Position numbers and translations under genes: made by a program. Below, in pieces: positions 39,758 through 49,844 of a DNA stretch of 64,000 bases (position 1 is the first letter of the stretch; the number at the start of each line of letters is the position of its first letter). The DNA is from a bacterium (GTDB lineage Bacteria > 4484-113 > JAGGVC01), in the NCBI GenBank assembly GCA_021158185.1, contig JAGGVC010000099.1, positions 1,016 through 65,015 on the forward strand, in the 5' to 3' direction. The notes beneath the pieces were generated by a model. That model ran no database searches, was not told the origin of the DNA, and saw nothing but the letters and a program-made list of their open reading frames with translations.

Positions 39758-40783
39758 ATGGCGACGGAGGAACTTCAAGCGAAGGTTAATGAAACCCTTG
39801 CTTCCATCGCCAATGCAAAGGATGAAAAAGCTCTGCGCACGGTTTTGTCTCAGTCCATCTCCGCAAAGGGATGGATCAACGATTTTCTAAAGAAGATCAG
39901 AGAGCTCCCCAAGGAAGAGCGAAAAGATTTCGGACAAGCAGTCAACGAAGCAAAGAAGACGCTACAGAGGGCGTATGACGAGCGGCTCGGCAAAATGGAT
40001 AAGCTCGCCGTGTCCGATAAGGAATACCTCGACTTGACTCTCAGCGGTGCTGTACCGACATTCGGCAGATTTCATCCAACAACACAAGCCTTGCGCCGCA
40101 TCTGCGAGATATTCGTTGCGATGGGTTTCGAGGTCGTGGACGGCCCTGAGATCGAGGATGAGTATCACAACTTTGACGCGCTCAACATATCGTCCGATCA
40201 TCCTGCGCGCGACGATATGGATACCTTCTTTATTCACGGCGACATTATTCTCCGGACGCATACGAGCCCAGTCCAGATTCGCACGATGGAGCGGCTCGAA
40301 AAGGGCGAAAACATCCTGATTCGCGTCATCAGCCCCGGCGTGACGTACCGCCGTGACCGCCCCGACCGCACTCACACACCTGTGTTCAGCCAGGTTGAAG
40401 GGCTTATGATAGGCAGGAGCATCACGTTCAGCCATATGGCGGGCGTACTCCAGAGCTTCGCGCGAGAGTTCTTCGGACCCGATATCAACCTTCGACTCCG
40501 TCCGGATTTCTTTCCGTTTGTCGAGCCCGGAGCCGAAGCGGCGGTTACTTGCCCGATCTGCGGTGGCAGCGGATGCCCGACCTGCAAGAAAACCGGGTGG
40601 GTCGAGATAATGGGGTGCGGGATGGTTCATCCGGAAGTCCTCGACAAACAGGGAATTCCGAGCGACAAGTACCAGGGCTTCGCGTTTGGAATGGGGGTAG
40701 AGCGGATCACCCAGATGCTGTTCCAGGTCGAAGACAGCCGCTGGTTCTTCGAGAATGACTACCGCTTCCTAAGGCAATTCTAG
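39758..40783 (+). CDS. pheS: Phenylalanine-tRNA ligase alpha subunit
   Basis: HPARD..DTF, LRTHTSPVQ, FPFVEP, GFAFGMGVER; CxxC...CxxC insertion. Confidence 0.97.
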   Translation: MATEELQAKVNETLASIANAKDEKALRTVLSQSISAKGWINDFLKKIRELPKEERKDFGQAVNEAKKTLQRAYDERLGKMDKLAVSDKEYLDLTLSGAVPTFGRFHPTTQALRRICEIFVAMGFEVVDGPEIEDEYHNFDALNISSDHPARDDMDTFFIHGDIILRTHTSPVQIRTMERLEKGENILIRVISPGVTYRRDRPDRTHTPVFSQVEGLMIGRSITFSHMAGVLQSFAREFFGPDINLRLRPDFFPFVEPGAEAAVTCPICGGSGCPTCKKTGWVEIMGCGMVHPEVLDKQGIPSDKYQGFAFGMGVERITQMLFQVEDSRWFFENDYRFLRQF

Positions 40784-40955
40784 TTGCAGAGTCCTTTCTG
40801 CTTCATTAACTTTGAATTGCTTGCATATTTCCATAAATAATGCACCCGCATCTTGAATCGCACTTCATTCGAAATCGGACATCCGGGTACTGATCAAAGC
40901 CTTTGCATCGCAAAAATGTTATCATTTTGCTTTCACTTTTTTTCGCAGGTGTACT

Positions 40956-42899
40956 ATGCGTGTAAAGATCAGAAAAGATGCCGTTTCAGACAGGATACCG
41001 TCTGTGGATGTTTATGCACGAACCGTGCTTTTGGTGCTTGCTGTTACTGCATTTGTGCTCATTTGCACCGCATCGGCATATGCAGAGCCGAATCTCGAAG
41101 GTGCCGGCGGGCTTATCAATACTCCGAGTGCTGAAGCCACGGAAGATGGTGTCGTTTATCTGGGGCTGAATAAAAACTTGAATTTAACAGACGATGATAA
41201 GTTCAGCGGGCTCGTGCAATACAGCTATTTCTTCAACATCGGTTTTCTTCCGCACCTCGAAATCAGCGGAAGGATCGTGAGGTTTCCCGATTACGAGGAA
41301 GAGCGCGTCGCGCGGTTCGGAGACTACAAGGATCGCGAGGGCAGCATCAAGTTTCAACTGCTCGATGAATCGGACACGCTTCCAGCGTTTGCCATCGGAG
41401 CGATGGACATAGGCGGCGAGTCGCGTCACCAGGAGGCATACTACGCGGTTGCTCAAAAAACGCTCATGAATAATCTGCGAGTAAATATCGGGGGCGGAAC
41501 GGGAAAATTCGAGGGTGTGTTCGGTGGTATCGACTGGGAGCCGTCAACCGGCTTTCACGTCATGGCCGAGTATGATACTGAAAGTGTTAATGCAGGCTTG
41601 CGCTACAGCCCGACAGACTGGCTCACACTGACCGCCGCGAGCCTGGACGGCGAGGAATTCGGGTATGGCATTGTAACGAGATTCGATCTTCTCGATTTCA
41701 GGAAACGGAAGCACGCGGAACCGAGGCAGCCGGTTGTGCGATGGGATCCTGCAGGCGGTCAAGCAGACCCGCGTGTGCTTGCAGACAGGCTAGTCGAGTA
41801 TGGATTCGAGAATGTACGCGCGTTTGTAAGTGACGACGAACTCATCGTGTTCTATGAGAACAGGATGTATCTTCTCGAAGAGCGCGCGCTGGGGCTTGTT
41901 CTGATAATTTCCTGTATGCATGCGCCCGAAGGCATTGACAAGGTGCGCGTGATCACGCTGCTTGACGATGTGCCGCATCTTGACACAGTCGTTCCGCCCG
42001 ACGAATTCCTGGAGTTCGTGCGAGGAGAGAGCGACCTTGACTCCGCTAAATCCCTGATAGATGTTGACTATCACAGGAGCATTGCAAAGCCTGAAGGTGT
42101 GAAACGATTGAACGAAACTCGGCTGAAGACCGACTTCTTCTTCAAGCCAGGCATTGATTTCGATGCCGGAAAGCCTTTCGAGCCTTTCAGACAGCGCATA
42201 ACACTTCTGCTTGATCCAGAAGTAAAACTCGGACGCGGACTGTTTGCGAGAGGGCGCGCGAGCTACACGGTCAACAACAACCTGAACGATATCGACGGCT
42301 TCAATATCGAGCGCGGCTGGCTCGGCTTCACTGGGCGCGCCGGAAACTTCAGCTGGCTTGCCAAAGGCGGATTGATGGACATCGACCAGTACGGTGGCAA
42401 TATCGAGGCCGAATACGACATCCAACAGTTTAACGCAGTGATCGGCGGCAATTTCGGATACCTTGACGACCGTGTTTACAACACTGAGTATGTTCAGGCC
42501 GTCGGCAAGTTCGAAAAGCGGTTCCCGAAGTATGATTTAACGGCGCGCGTCTGCGCAGGTCAGTTTCAGTACGAGGACACGGGGCTTTCAGCAGAAGTAA
42601 CGCGGTATTTCGGGCCTGTCGAAGTTTCGTTTTTCGCATACCGAACCGGCAACGACTCGTTCAACGAAGGCGGTGTGTCTTTCTTTGTACCGCTTCCCTT
42701 TTACGACGACGGCCATCTGGATAAGGTGAGGTTCGGCATAGCGCCTGAATGGAGCTTTACATATAGAACCGAGGATGCTGCGAACGCGCTTCTGACTTTG
42801 TCGGGACAGGACTTGCGTATGTACAGGAGCCGCCTGCATCCCGACTACATTCTTGCGCACCTTGATGATCTGCGAAGGGCGAGAAGCTTCCTCAAATAG
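40956..42899 (+). CDS. YjbH/GfcD-family polysaccharide-associated outer-membrane beta-barrel
   Basis: GLINTPSA, FLPHLEI, DR...K.QL..E....PA.AIG..D.GG, GVFGG..W, AEYD. Real start may be GTG 41004. Confidence 0.82.
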   Translation: MRVKIRKDAVSDRIPSVDVYARTVLLVLAVTAFVLICTASAYAEPNLEGAGGLINTPSAEATEDGVVYLGLNKNLNLTDDDKFSGLVQYSYFFNIGFLPHLEISGRIVRFPDYEEERVARFGDYKDREGSIKFQLLDESDTLPAFAIGAMDIGGESRHQEAYYAVAQKTLMNNLRVNIGGGTGKFEGVFGGIDWEPSTGFHVMAEYDTESVNAGLRYSPTDWLTLTAASLDGEEFGYGIVTRFDLLDFRKRKHAEPRQPVVRWDPAGGQADPRVLADRLVEYGFENVRAFVSDDELIVFYENRMYLLEERALGLVLIISCMHAPEGIDKVRVITLLDDVPHLDTVVPPDEFLEFVRGESDLDSAKSLIDVDYHRSIAKPEGVKRLNETRLKTDFFFKPGIDFDAGKPFEPFRQRITLLLDPEVKLGRGLFARGRASYTVNNNLNDIDGFNIERGWLGFTGRAGNFSWLAKGGLMDIDQYGGNIEAEYDIQQFNAVIGGNFGYLDDRVYNTEYVQAVGKFEKRFPKYDLTARVCAGQFQYEDTGLSAEVTRYFGPVEVSFFAYRTGNDSFNEGGVSFFVPLPFYDDGHLDKVRFGIAPEWSFTYRTEDAANALLTLSGQDLRMYRSRLHPDYILAHLDDLRRARSFLK

Positions 42900-42997
42900 A
42901 GTTTCACGTATGCGCGGATTTCAGCATCTAGCGCATCGACTGTATTCGCGCAGATTTGTCTCTTGGGATATCTTCAACCTTAATCGGTCCGCCGCAC

Positions 42998-43747
42998 TCA
43001 GCGTTTGATGAACACCCGGATAAGTGTTTTAGAGAGAATCATCACATCCAGGCCAAAGCTCAGTCGCCGCACGTAGTCCTGGTGGTAGCGAATTTTGAGC
43101 GGCATCAATTCCTCGTTGTAAATCCTTTCAGGATCATCAGCAGCATCGAGAAGCTCTTCCTCATGGCGGAAGTTGATCGATGCGAGATCGGTCAGACCTG
43201 CCGGAACCACGCTGTGAATAAGCTCGTAATGCTCCTTGAACCGCGCTACATAGCCAAGCGTTTGCGGCCTGGGCCCGACGAATGACATCTCCCCGCGAAG
43301 GATGTTGAAAAGCTGCGGTACTTCATCGAGTTTGACGTTTCTTAGAATGCGGCCAACCGGCGTGATTCTGGGATCAGCCTTTCCCGTAATCTGCATACCG
43401 AGCTTTTCTGCGTTCAAGACCATCGTACGAAGCTTGATTATGTTGAATGTGCGGGGGCCTTTTATGCCGCCCGTAATCCGCTCCTGCGTGAAGAATACGG
43501 GGCCTCGGTCGTAGAGCTTGATCGCGATTGCGGAAAGAAGAAGAAACGGCGAAAAGAAAATAATCTGCCATAGCGAGTTGAATATGTCAAAACAGCGTTT
43601 GACAACAAGGTACCAGCCCTTATTCCTGAGGATCTTCTTAACATCGGCCTCGGTGAACGAATCGTCCACCTGAAAGCCCTGTGGAAGAAGCTCGACAGCG
43701 GGCGCCCTTTGCTCGCTTAGTTCCCTCATTTGCCCTGATACACACAT
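42998..43747 (-). CDS. Priming sugar transferase (monotopic phosphoglycosyl transferase)
   Basis: KRCFDI, FFTQER, KLRTM, DPRITPVG..LR...LDEVPQL.N, MSFVGPRP. Confidence 0.93.
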   Translation of the reverse strand: MCVSGQMRELSEQRAPAVELLPQGFQVDDSFTEADVKKILRNKGWYLVVKRCFDIFNSLWQIIFFSPFLLLSAIAIKLYDRGPVFFTQERITGGIKGPRTFNIIKLRTMVLNAEKLGMQITGKADPRITPVGRILRNVKLDEVPQLFNILRGEMSFVGPRPQTLGYVARFKEHYELIHSVVPAGLTDLASINFRHEEELLDAADDPERIYNEELMPLKIRYHQDYVRRLSFGLDVMILSKTLIRVFIKR

Positions 43748-43977
43748 AGCTGAAGGCTATACCATTCTACCCTATAACATACCGGCTCAAAACAAGCTCG
43801 GTTTTCAACATTTGTCAAGCTTAGGGTTGAGCTTGATTATACCAAAAGCAGCCGTGATGTCGCGTTGTGGTCTCATTTTTAGTTTTCATCATTCATTGCT
43901 TGCACGTTTTCATTGCACGGTTGCGATTTCAGCAGAATCAAAACAGGTGCACCATGTGAGTTCCAGCGATTCCCTGC

Positions 43978-44006
43978 TTGACGTAACAATACTCAATACA
44001 TATAAT
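43978..44006 (+). promoter_or_regulatory. Sigma70 promoter of the MBOAT operon
   Basis: TTGACG-N17-TATAAT, 9 nt before in-frame GTG 44016. Confidence 0.78.
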
Positions 44007-44015
44007 CGCCGCCTT

Positions 44016-45203
44016 GTGGTAATCGGCAGCTTCTTGAACTGGACAGTTTTCGCGCTCTTCATTGCCGTGTACTGGCTTATTCCATCGAGGTTCCGCCCGG
44101 CTTCGATTGCCGTAGCATCGCTTGTTTTCCTTCTGTTCAACGACTTCATAGCCTTAGGCATTATTGTCATTCAACTTCTCGTCTGTACCGTCGGGGCGCG
44201 CTGGATGCTCGCAAATGGGAATGGGGCACGGGCAAAGTTCTGGACGTTGATTACCCTGAGCCTGATCCCGCTTTTGTTTTTCAAGTACCCGAATCTGCTT
44301 GGGATTACTAGGCTGACAGAATCCGGCTATGCATTTCCAGATCCGTCCGCATTTGCACTTCCGCTTGGGATCTCATACTTCACGTTCAAAGTAATAATGT
44401 ATCTCGTCGAAACCGCACGCGGAAATGTCGGTTATCCCGGATTATCGTCTCTAATCGCTTATATTGCGTTCGTGCCGACGCTCAGCTCCGGACCGATAGA
44501 CAGACCGAAGGCTCTGATCGCCCAGATTTCGAATCCCGTACCTCTCAATATGGATAGATTTCTTTACGGGCTATACAGGATTGTCCTCGGCGTGATCTTC
44601 AAATTCGTGATTTCCGATACGCTTCGGGAATTCGAAAATTCCTTCGCGGTGTCAAGGATGGCGTTTTCGGTCAAAAAGCAGCTTATATTCGGCCCGTACT
44701 ACAGCCTTCTTCTGTATTTCGACTTTGCGGGTTACAGCCATATTGCTATCGGCGCTGCGGTACTTCTCGGAATCAAGTGCATGGAGAACTTCGCTGCGCC
44801 GTACTTGAGGCCGAACATCTCCGGGTTCTGGCGCGGGTGGCATATTTCGCTCACGACGTTTTTGCGGGACTATATTTTCTTCCCGATTGCATTCAAGTGG
44901 TCGGGTGCGCTCGGCCCGCAGCGTGCAGCGTACATCGCAACCATAATTACATTCGTGATCTGCGGGGCCTGGCACGGCGACGGCGTCAATTTCCTTCTCT
45001 GGGGTTTTTACCACGGGATCATGCTCTCGGTTCACCAGGCGTTTCTCTTCAATACAAAGAAACGTCCGTTTTTCAAACGCCTTAGACGCGTAAAATGGCT
45101 CGCCATCCCTGCAACTGCCTTTACGTTTTTGCTGGTATCCTATGGATGGTATCCATTTGCATTTAACTTCGATCAGTTGGCGCAGATCTTCGGCGGGGGT
45201 TAG
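44016..45203 (+). CDS. MBOAT O-acyltransferase, DltB-length (395 aa)
   Basis: PLGISYFTF, SGPIDR, DFAGYS, NF..PY...NI..FWRGWHISL, GAWHG. No C-terminal FxYxxF motif. Confidence 0.93.
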   Translation: MVIGSFLNWTVFALFIAVYWLIPSRFRPASIAVASLVFLLFNDFIALGIIVIQLLVCTVGARWMLANGNGARAKFWTLITLSLIPLLFFKYPNLLGITRLTESGYAFPDPSAFALPLGISYFTFKVIMYLVETARGNVGYPGLSSLIAYIAFVPTLSSGPIDRPKALIAQISNPVPLNMDRFLYGLYRIVLGVIFKFVISDTLREFENSFAVSRMAFSVKKQLIFGPYYSLLLYFDFAGYSHIAIGAAVLLGIKCMENFAAPYLRPNISGFWRGWHISLTTFLRDYIFFPIAFKWSGALGPQRAAYIATIITFVICGAWHGDGVNFLLWGFYHGIMLSVHQAFLFNTKKRPFFKRLRRVKWLAIPATAFTFLLVSYGWYPFAFNFDQLAQIFGGG

Positions 45204-45211
45204 CGTAGACG

Positions 45212-46399
45212 ATGCTTAAAAACCAGAACAACCGCGATTATTTCAGCGATGATGCATATCGTCACTGGGAGCGCGTAAAAGCGCGCGTCAACGTCAGACT
45301 TGCAGCGGTCGTTTTTTGCATTGTACTTGTATCTGCGGTAATCATCATCCAGGTTTTCGCGGGCGCCTTCATCGGTTTCTATTACGATGTCAACAGGGAA
45401 GTCAACTACAAGGATATGACCGCCTTGAACGACGCGGGGGACTTGCTTTTGCAGGACTATCTCGCGTCTGAAAAGGAAGCCGATGCGAAGGAATGCGTCA
45501 TAATCGGCGCATCGTACGTTGCAGCCGGCATCGATCCGCTTCCGGGGGACAGGATTCAAGGTAAGCTTGAACGCAGGCTCGAAGAAGCGACAGGCGAAGA
45601 ATGGTCGTGTACGAACCTTGCGTCGGACGGATTGGTAACGTGGTGTTACTTCTATCTGGCCCGGATTCTGAGGCTTCGAAAGCCGCCGGATCTGATGATC
45701 ATTTCCATCGATACGATGTATCCGAATGACAGAAGCGGACAGCTTCTTTTGAACGTCGGAGCATCGTTCAAGGAGATAACTCCACTGGAGCTGAGATATG
45801 CCGTCCCACTGAATAATGTACTGCTGTATGTCGGAGAGGCGAATTACAAGAAATGGCTCAGGGACAAAATAGCGTTCTTCAAGGCCATAAATTACATGTC
45901 ATGGAGTTATCCGAAAAGGACAAATCTCAAATCGTGGACGGTTTTCCTCTTTGCACGGCTATTTCAAAGGGAAGTATCGGGTCTCGAACCACCTGCCTAC
46001 ATCAACCCGAATGGGACGCCGAAGTCCTGGCGCGAAATTCCTGGCAACAAGGCGGTAATTGATTTCTTCAACCGAACCGGAGGGATGGAAAATGAACTCA
46101 AGGGCTGGATGATCGAGGAATTCGAACTTCTGTTTACCGAACTGGTCGAGTGTGAAGAAGCAGGCATTCGAGTGATACTTGTAACGATGCCTAGAAATCC
46201 TGCGATGGAGCATCATCTTGATGAAGTCCAGGATTACTTGAGCGAAGCGACAACGCGATACAACCTTCAATTCAGGGACTACTGGCCAAGCGGAACCATT
46301 CCGGAAGATTGCTACTACGACTACGGCCATTTTATTGGAGCAGGAAACGACATTATGGCGGAGGAGATACTCAAGCTCTATCTGGAGGATAAGAAATGA
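45212..46399 (+). CDS. Membrane-anchored SGNH/DltD-like acyltransferase
   Basis: N-terminal TM; block-I-like IIGAS; C-terminal D-x-x-H (DYGH); directly after the MBOAT gene. Confidence 0.7.
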   Translation: MLKNQNNRDYFSDDAYRHWERVKARVNVRLAAVVFCIVLVSAVIIIQVFAGAFIGFYYDVNREVNYKDMTALNDAGDLLLQDYLASEKEADAKECVIIGASYVAAGIDPLPGDRIQGKLERRLEEATGEEWSCTNLASDGLVTWCYFYLARILRLRKPPDLMIISIDTMYPNDRSGQLLLNVGASFKEITPLELRYAVPLNNVLLYVGEANYKKWLRDKIAFFKAINYMSWSYPKRTNLKSWTVFLFARLFQREVSGLEPPAYINPNGTPKSWREIPGNKAVIDFFNRTGGMENELKGWMIEEFELLFTELVECEEAGIRVILVTMPRNPAMEHHLDEVQDYLSEATTRYNLQFRDYWPSGTIPEDCYYDYGHFIGAGNDIMAEEILKLYLEDKK

Positions 46400-46506
46400 A
46401 AAACGCAAGCGCAATATTCTGGGGCGTTCTACTTGCCCTATTGTTCATCCTCGGAATGCTCTTGTGCCGTGGAGTAGCGGGGAATTTCATCTATGCAAAT
46501 TTTTGA
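46396..46506 (+). CDS. DltX-like 36-aa membrane micropeptide (not in ORF track)
   Basis: MKNASAIFWGVLLALLFILGMLLCRGVAGNFIYANF*; GGAGG SD at 46384-46388; ATGA overlap with the upstream stop. Confidence 0.88.
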   Translation: MKNASAIFWGVLLALLFILGMLLCRGVAGNFIYANF

Positions 46507-46689
46507 TCTTGCATTCGAGGATTTTGCAGCCAGTTGGATTCTGTCAGCATCGACCTCAAAAGCATAATATGCGATACTATCGCCTCCAGGTGCTTTAATT
46601 GTTGCGCAAGCAATGCACCTGGTTTACAATAACAAGCTTTACTAGCCCGCATATAATCATCGGGGCAGGCAGGAGGCAAACGGGAGCTG

Positions 46690-48660
46690 ATGAACGGCGG
46701 TTTTAACGCAGGCCGTAACTTGGTGCTTCGCTACGTGCCGATTGGCGTAGTGTTGCTTGTGATCCTCGCGTTTATCTTCGGGATGAACCAGATCACCCCA
46801 GCGCCAACATACACATCGAGAGCCACGGTCTTCATCGGCAGCAACACACCGTCGATCCAAATCCCGGAGCTTGCGCTGCTGGGCAGAACAGCAATCGAGG
46901 ATCAGCTTGCGGTTCTTGAGTCGGAAAGCATAAGGAGATATGCGACCGACAAGCTGCACCTCGTAGTCAAGCCCGTGCCTATGTGGGAGCCGAATCCCGC
47001 GTTCTACCAGATCAAACGCGTACTTGCGATACTCACGGGCGGAAGACGCCCCATAGACTATGCAAAACTCAGCTATCCTGCTGTGGATTACCTCGAATTC
47101 GCTTTCGAGAAGGCGGGAAAGAAGGATATTTGGATCCAAGTTGACGGGAAGGGATCGTATACGCTTTTCGTTGACGGGAAATCATTGGACACAAAGCCTG
47201 TGGGCGAGCGGCTCACCTTGGACGGCCTTTCGATTGCATTGTCCGGTTTCACATCGGGCGTCGAGCAGAAGTGGCAGCTCAAGATGACCGATCCCGAGCG
47301 CGCAACCAGGAGGCTTTTCGAAAACGTCACTGTTCTCCGATTGGGCGCTACGAGCAACACTATCGGCCTCCGGAGTGTGGACGCGCATCCCGAACTCGCG
47401 GCGCGGCTCGTATCCACGATGATGGAATTCTTTATGGAGCGCGACAAGGAGATAAGGCGCACAACAGCGAGCGATCAGCTCGAATATATCGAAAAGCAGA
47501 TTGAAACGACGAAGACGGAGCAGGAAGAACTGCTCTATGCCATTCGAGAAACATTGAGCGATACAGCCGGAAAGCTCGTCGGCAATTCGGCACAGGAGGT
47601 TCGGCGGCTATACCTTGAGCAGGAGAAGGAGCTTGCGTACCTGAGAAACAGCCGCACGATCCTGAAGAATCTTTACGAGCACGCGGTAGGCGACCAGTCT
47701 TTCATCGGTTATTTGACCGAGGGGCTGCCCGTTGAGATTGAAACCAACGTTCTCTCTTCGATAGTCGCTAAAGAGCGCGCGCTTGCGCAGGCGCGTGAAA
47801 CAAAGACCGAGAACCATCCCGATGTCATCAAGCTTCGAACCGACCTAGAAATGCAGCGGGAGCAGCTTAACTCGATGGTCGAGGACAACCTGAAGCTTCT
47901 CGATACCAGGATTTCGCAGAGCGATAAAAAGCTTGCGCGATATAGTAAACTTCTCGATGCATCGCCCGAAACAAGCACCGAACTTACGCGCCTACTCGGC
48001 GATGTAGAGATTCGCACAAAGAGCATCGGCGAGCTTTACGCACAGCGTCAGATTGCGAATCTCCATCTCATCTCGAACGATTCGCCGATCAAGGTGCTCG
48101 ATGCCGCAGTGCCGTACCGGATTCCAACGAGCCCGCGGCTGATCCTTGTTGCAGCGTCATCTTTCGTTGCAGCGCTTCTTCTCACGATCGCTCTGCTCTT
48201 CGCCTGGCAGGCCGTTGATCCAAGGCTTTACGTTCCAGCAGATATTGAAGCCCGATTCGGTGCACCCGTTCTCGCGGTCCTTTCAGAGAGCGGCGAACTT
48301 GAGGCGGACGAACAGGCCGTGCGTCTCGGTTTGAAGATCGAGCAAATCCTTGTGAGGAAGGACGGAAAGCTCGGAGTTTTCACCGCTGCCAGTATTGACA
48401 AAACCGAGATCGCAAAGAAGGCAATAGTCTCCGGTCTTAAGGCTGTCGGCAATTCAACACACGACGATTTTGATTCGAGGTTCATTGCGATTCCCGGAAG
48501 CGGAACAAAAGCGCTTTACTCGCCTGAACTCAAGGACGCCGCTGGCGTGGTTCTAGTTGTCACGCCAGGCAGGCGCAGGCTGAGCGAAGTTTCGGGGGTC
48601 GTTTCGGAAATCGAAGCGTTAGGCTATTCGCTTGTCGGCTGGATTTACATTGGGCGCTGA
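46690..48660 (+). CDS. Polysaccharide co-polymerase (Wzc/GumC-like) with degenerate kinase region
   Basis: TM, TPAPTYTS.ATV, coiled coil, TENHPDV, VLDAA..P..PTSP, second TM. Confidence 0.85.
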   Translation: MNGGFNAGRNLVLRYVPIGVVLLVILAFIFGMNQITPAPTYTSRATVFIGSNTPSIQIPELALLGRTAIEDQLAVLESESIRRYATDKLHLVVKPVPMWEPNPAFYQIKRVLAILTGGRRPIDYAKLSYPAVDYLEFAFEKAGKKDIWIQVDGKGSYTLFVDGKSLDTKPVGERLTLDGLSIALSGFTSGVEQKWQLKMTDPERATRRLFENVTVLRLGATSNTIGLRSVDAHPELAARLVSTMMEFFMERDKEIRRTTASDQLEYIEKQIETTKTEQEELLYAIRETLSDTAGKLVGNSAQEVRRLYLEQEKELAYLRNSRTILKNLYEHAVGDQSFIGYLTEGLPVEIETNVLSSIVAKERALAQARETKTENHPDVIKLRTDLEMQREQLNSMVEDNLKLLDTRISQSDKKLARYSKLLDASPETSTELTRLLGDVEIRTKSIGELYAQRQIANLHLISNDSPIKVLDAAVPYRIPTSPRLILVAASSFVAALLLTIALLFAWQAVDPRLYVPADIEARFGAPVLAVLSESGELEADEQAVRLGLKIEQILVRKDGKLGVFTAASIDKTEIAKKAIVSGLKAVGNSTHDDFDSRFIAIPGSGTKALYSPELKDAAGVVLVVTPGRRRLSEVSGVVSEIEALGYSLVGWIYIGR

Positions 48661-49844
48661 TCGGCGATATTCGCAAGCGCGTCCATAATCCCCCTTGCAC
48701 GAATTCGCCAGTCGTTCCTGCGCGCTTCAGAGAGAAGAGCTTCACGGTCGAATTCGCCATTGAGCGCGCGTCCGAGATTCGCGATGAATTCATCGTGTGA
48801 TTTGGACGCGAGGCAGGTGCTGTACTTGCGGCATTCGGGAAGATCGGTCGAGATCACCGGCACTCCCGCCGCGAAATACTCGAATAACTTCACAGGCGAA
48901 ACACTGAGCGTGACTTCCGAGAGAATAAACGGAATCAGCCCTGCACTGTAATGAGCCGTGTATGATGGGAGCTCGCTGTAGTTCCTTACGCCGAGAAAAT
49001 GCACGTTCGAACGCCGCGTGAGATTCGCCACCTCGTCATCCACTTTCGCCCCGTACGTTTTTCCCACGATAACGAAGTTGGTCTCGGAGTAAGTTTTCGC
49101 AATTTTGTGCATCAGTTCAAAATCGAACCATTCTGCGATTGTTCCGTTGTACCCGACGACTTGTTTGCCTAGAAGCGGCATTAAATCCTCTGCTGGCTCG
49201 ATCTGATCCGCCGTCTTGAAATGTGATGCGTCAACTCCGTTCGGGATGAGGACGGCTGGATTCCGCGATTTCTCGACGTGTACTTTGAGTTTATCCGCGG
49301 AATAAGCGATGAGCGTTGCATTCTGTACGAGCCGATCATGCGCGTCGATGTAGCCCGGAATATGAGCGTGAAGCGCGATGTCGTCAATGTAGTCGTAAAT
49401 CAACTTGAACCGCTTCGGCAGAGGAAACACGAGATATGAGAGATAGGCTGTCGAGATGTAGAAAATCGCCTCAGGCAAATCAATCCAGGTTCCAAGCGCG
49501 CGCGCGATGTAAAGCCCCGGCTCGATCTCCTTGAAGGTGCTTACAGCGTCGTTCTGATTCGTAGATGTGTAAATGACGAGATATCCTTGCCCCGCCCACG
49601 CCTTTGCAAGGCTGTGATACCTCTGGTGAAGCGGGCTGTCCCATCTGTCGCCGCTTATGATAATGATCGGCCCTTTTCGATCTGGATTGCTGCTTATTAT
49701 TTCCGGAAGTGCCTTTGTGCTTGTTATCGCCTGGCATCTGCGGATGAACCGTCTCGGAAGCAAGCATTTCATCTGGTCCCAGAGCCGGGCTTTGCTTTTC
49801 ATAACCATATTTCCCCTATGTCTGTGTTGCAGGTGCGCTTCCAA
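48645..49844 (-). CDS. Glycosyltransferase (GT-B, TuaH-like)
   Basis: QRYH, YDYID, IPNGVD, GYNGTIAEWFD, PVKLFEYFAAGVPVI. Confidence 0.88.
   Translation of the reverse strand: MEAHLQHRHRGNMVMKSKARLWDQMKCLLPRRFIRRCQAITSTKALPEIISSNPDRKGPIIIISGDRWDSPLHQRYHSLAKAWAGQGYLVIYTSTNQNDAVSTFKEIEPGLYIARALGTWIDLPEAIFYISTAYLSYLVFPLPKRFKLIYDYIDDIALHAHIPGYIDAHDRLVQNATLIAYSADKLKVHVEKSRNPAVLIPNGVDASHFKTADQIEPAEDLMPLLGKQVVGYNGTIAEWFDFELMHKIAKTYSETNFVIVGKTYGAKVDDEVANLTRRSNVHFLGVRNYSELPSYTAHYSAGLIPFILSEVTLSVSPVKLFEYFAAGVPVISTDLPECRKYSTCLASKSHDEFIANLGRALNGEFDREALLSEARRNDWRIRARGIMDALANIADQRPM

Noticed and set aside
43812..44015. 68-aa N-terminal extension of the MBOAT in the ORF track
   Set aside because: It contains a near-consensus promoter; GTG 44016 gives a typical MBOAT start and length.
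48645..48660. 16-nt overlap of convergent co-polymerase and glycosyltransferase 3' ends
   Set aside because: Short convergent overlaps are common in compact genomes.
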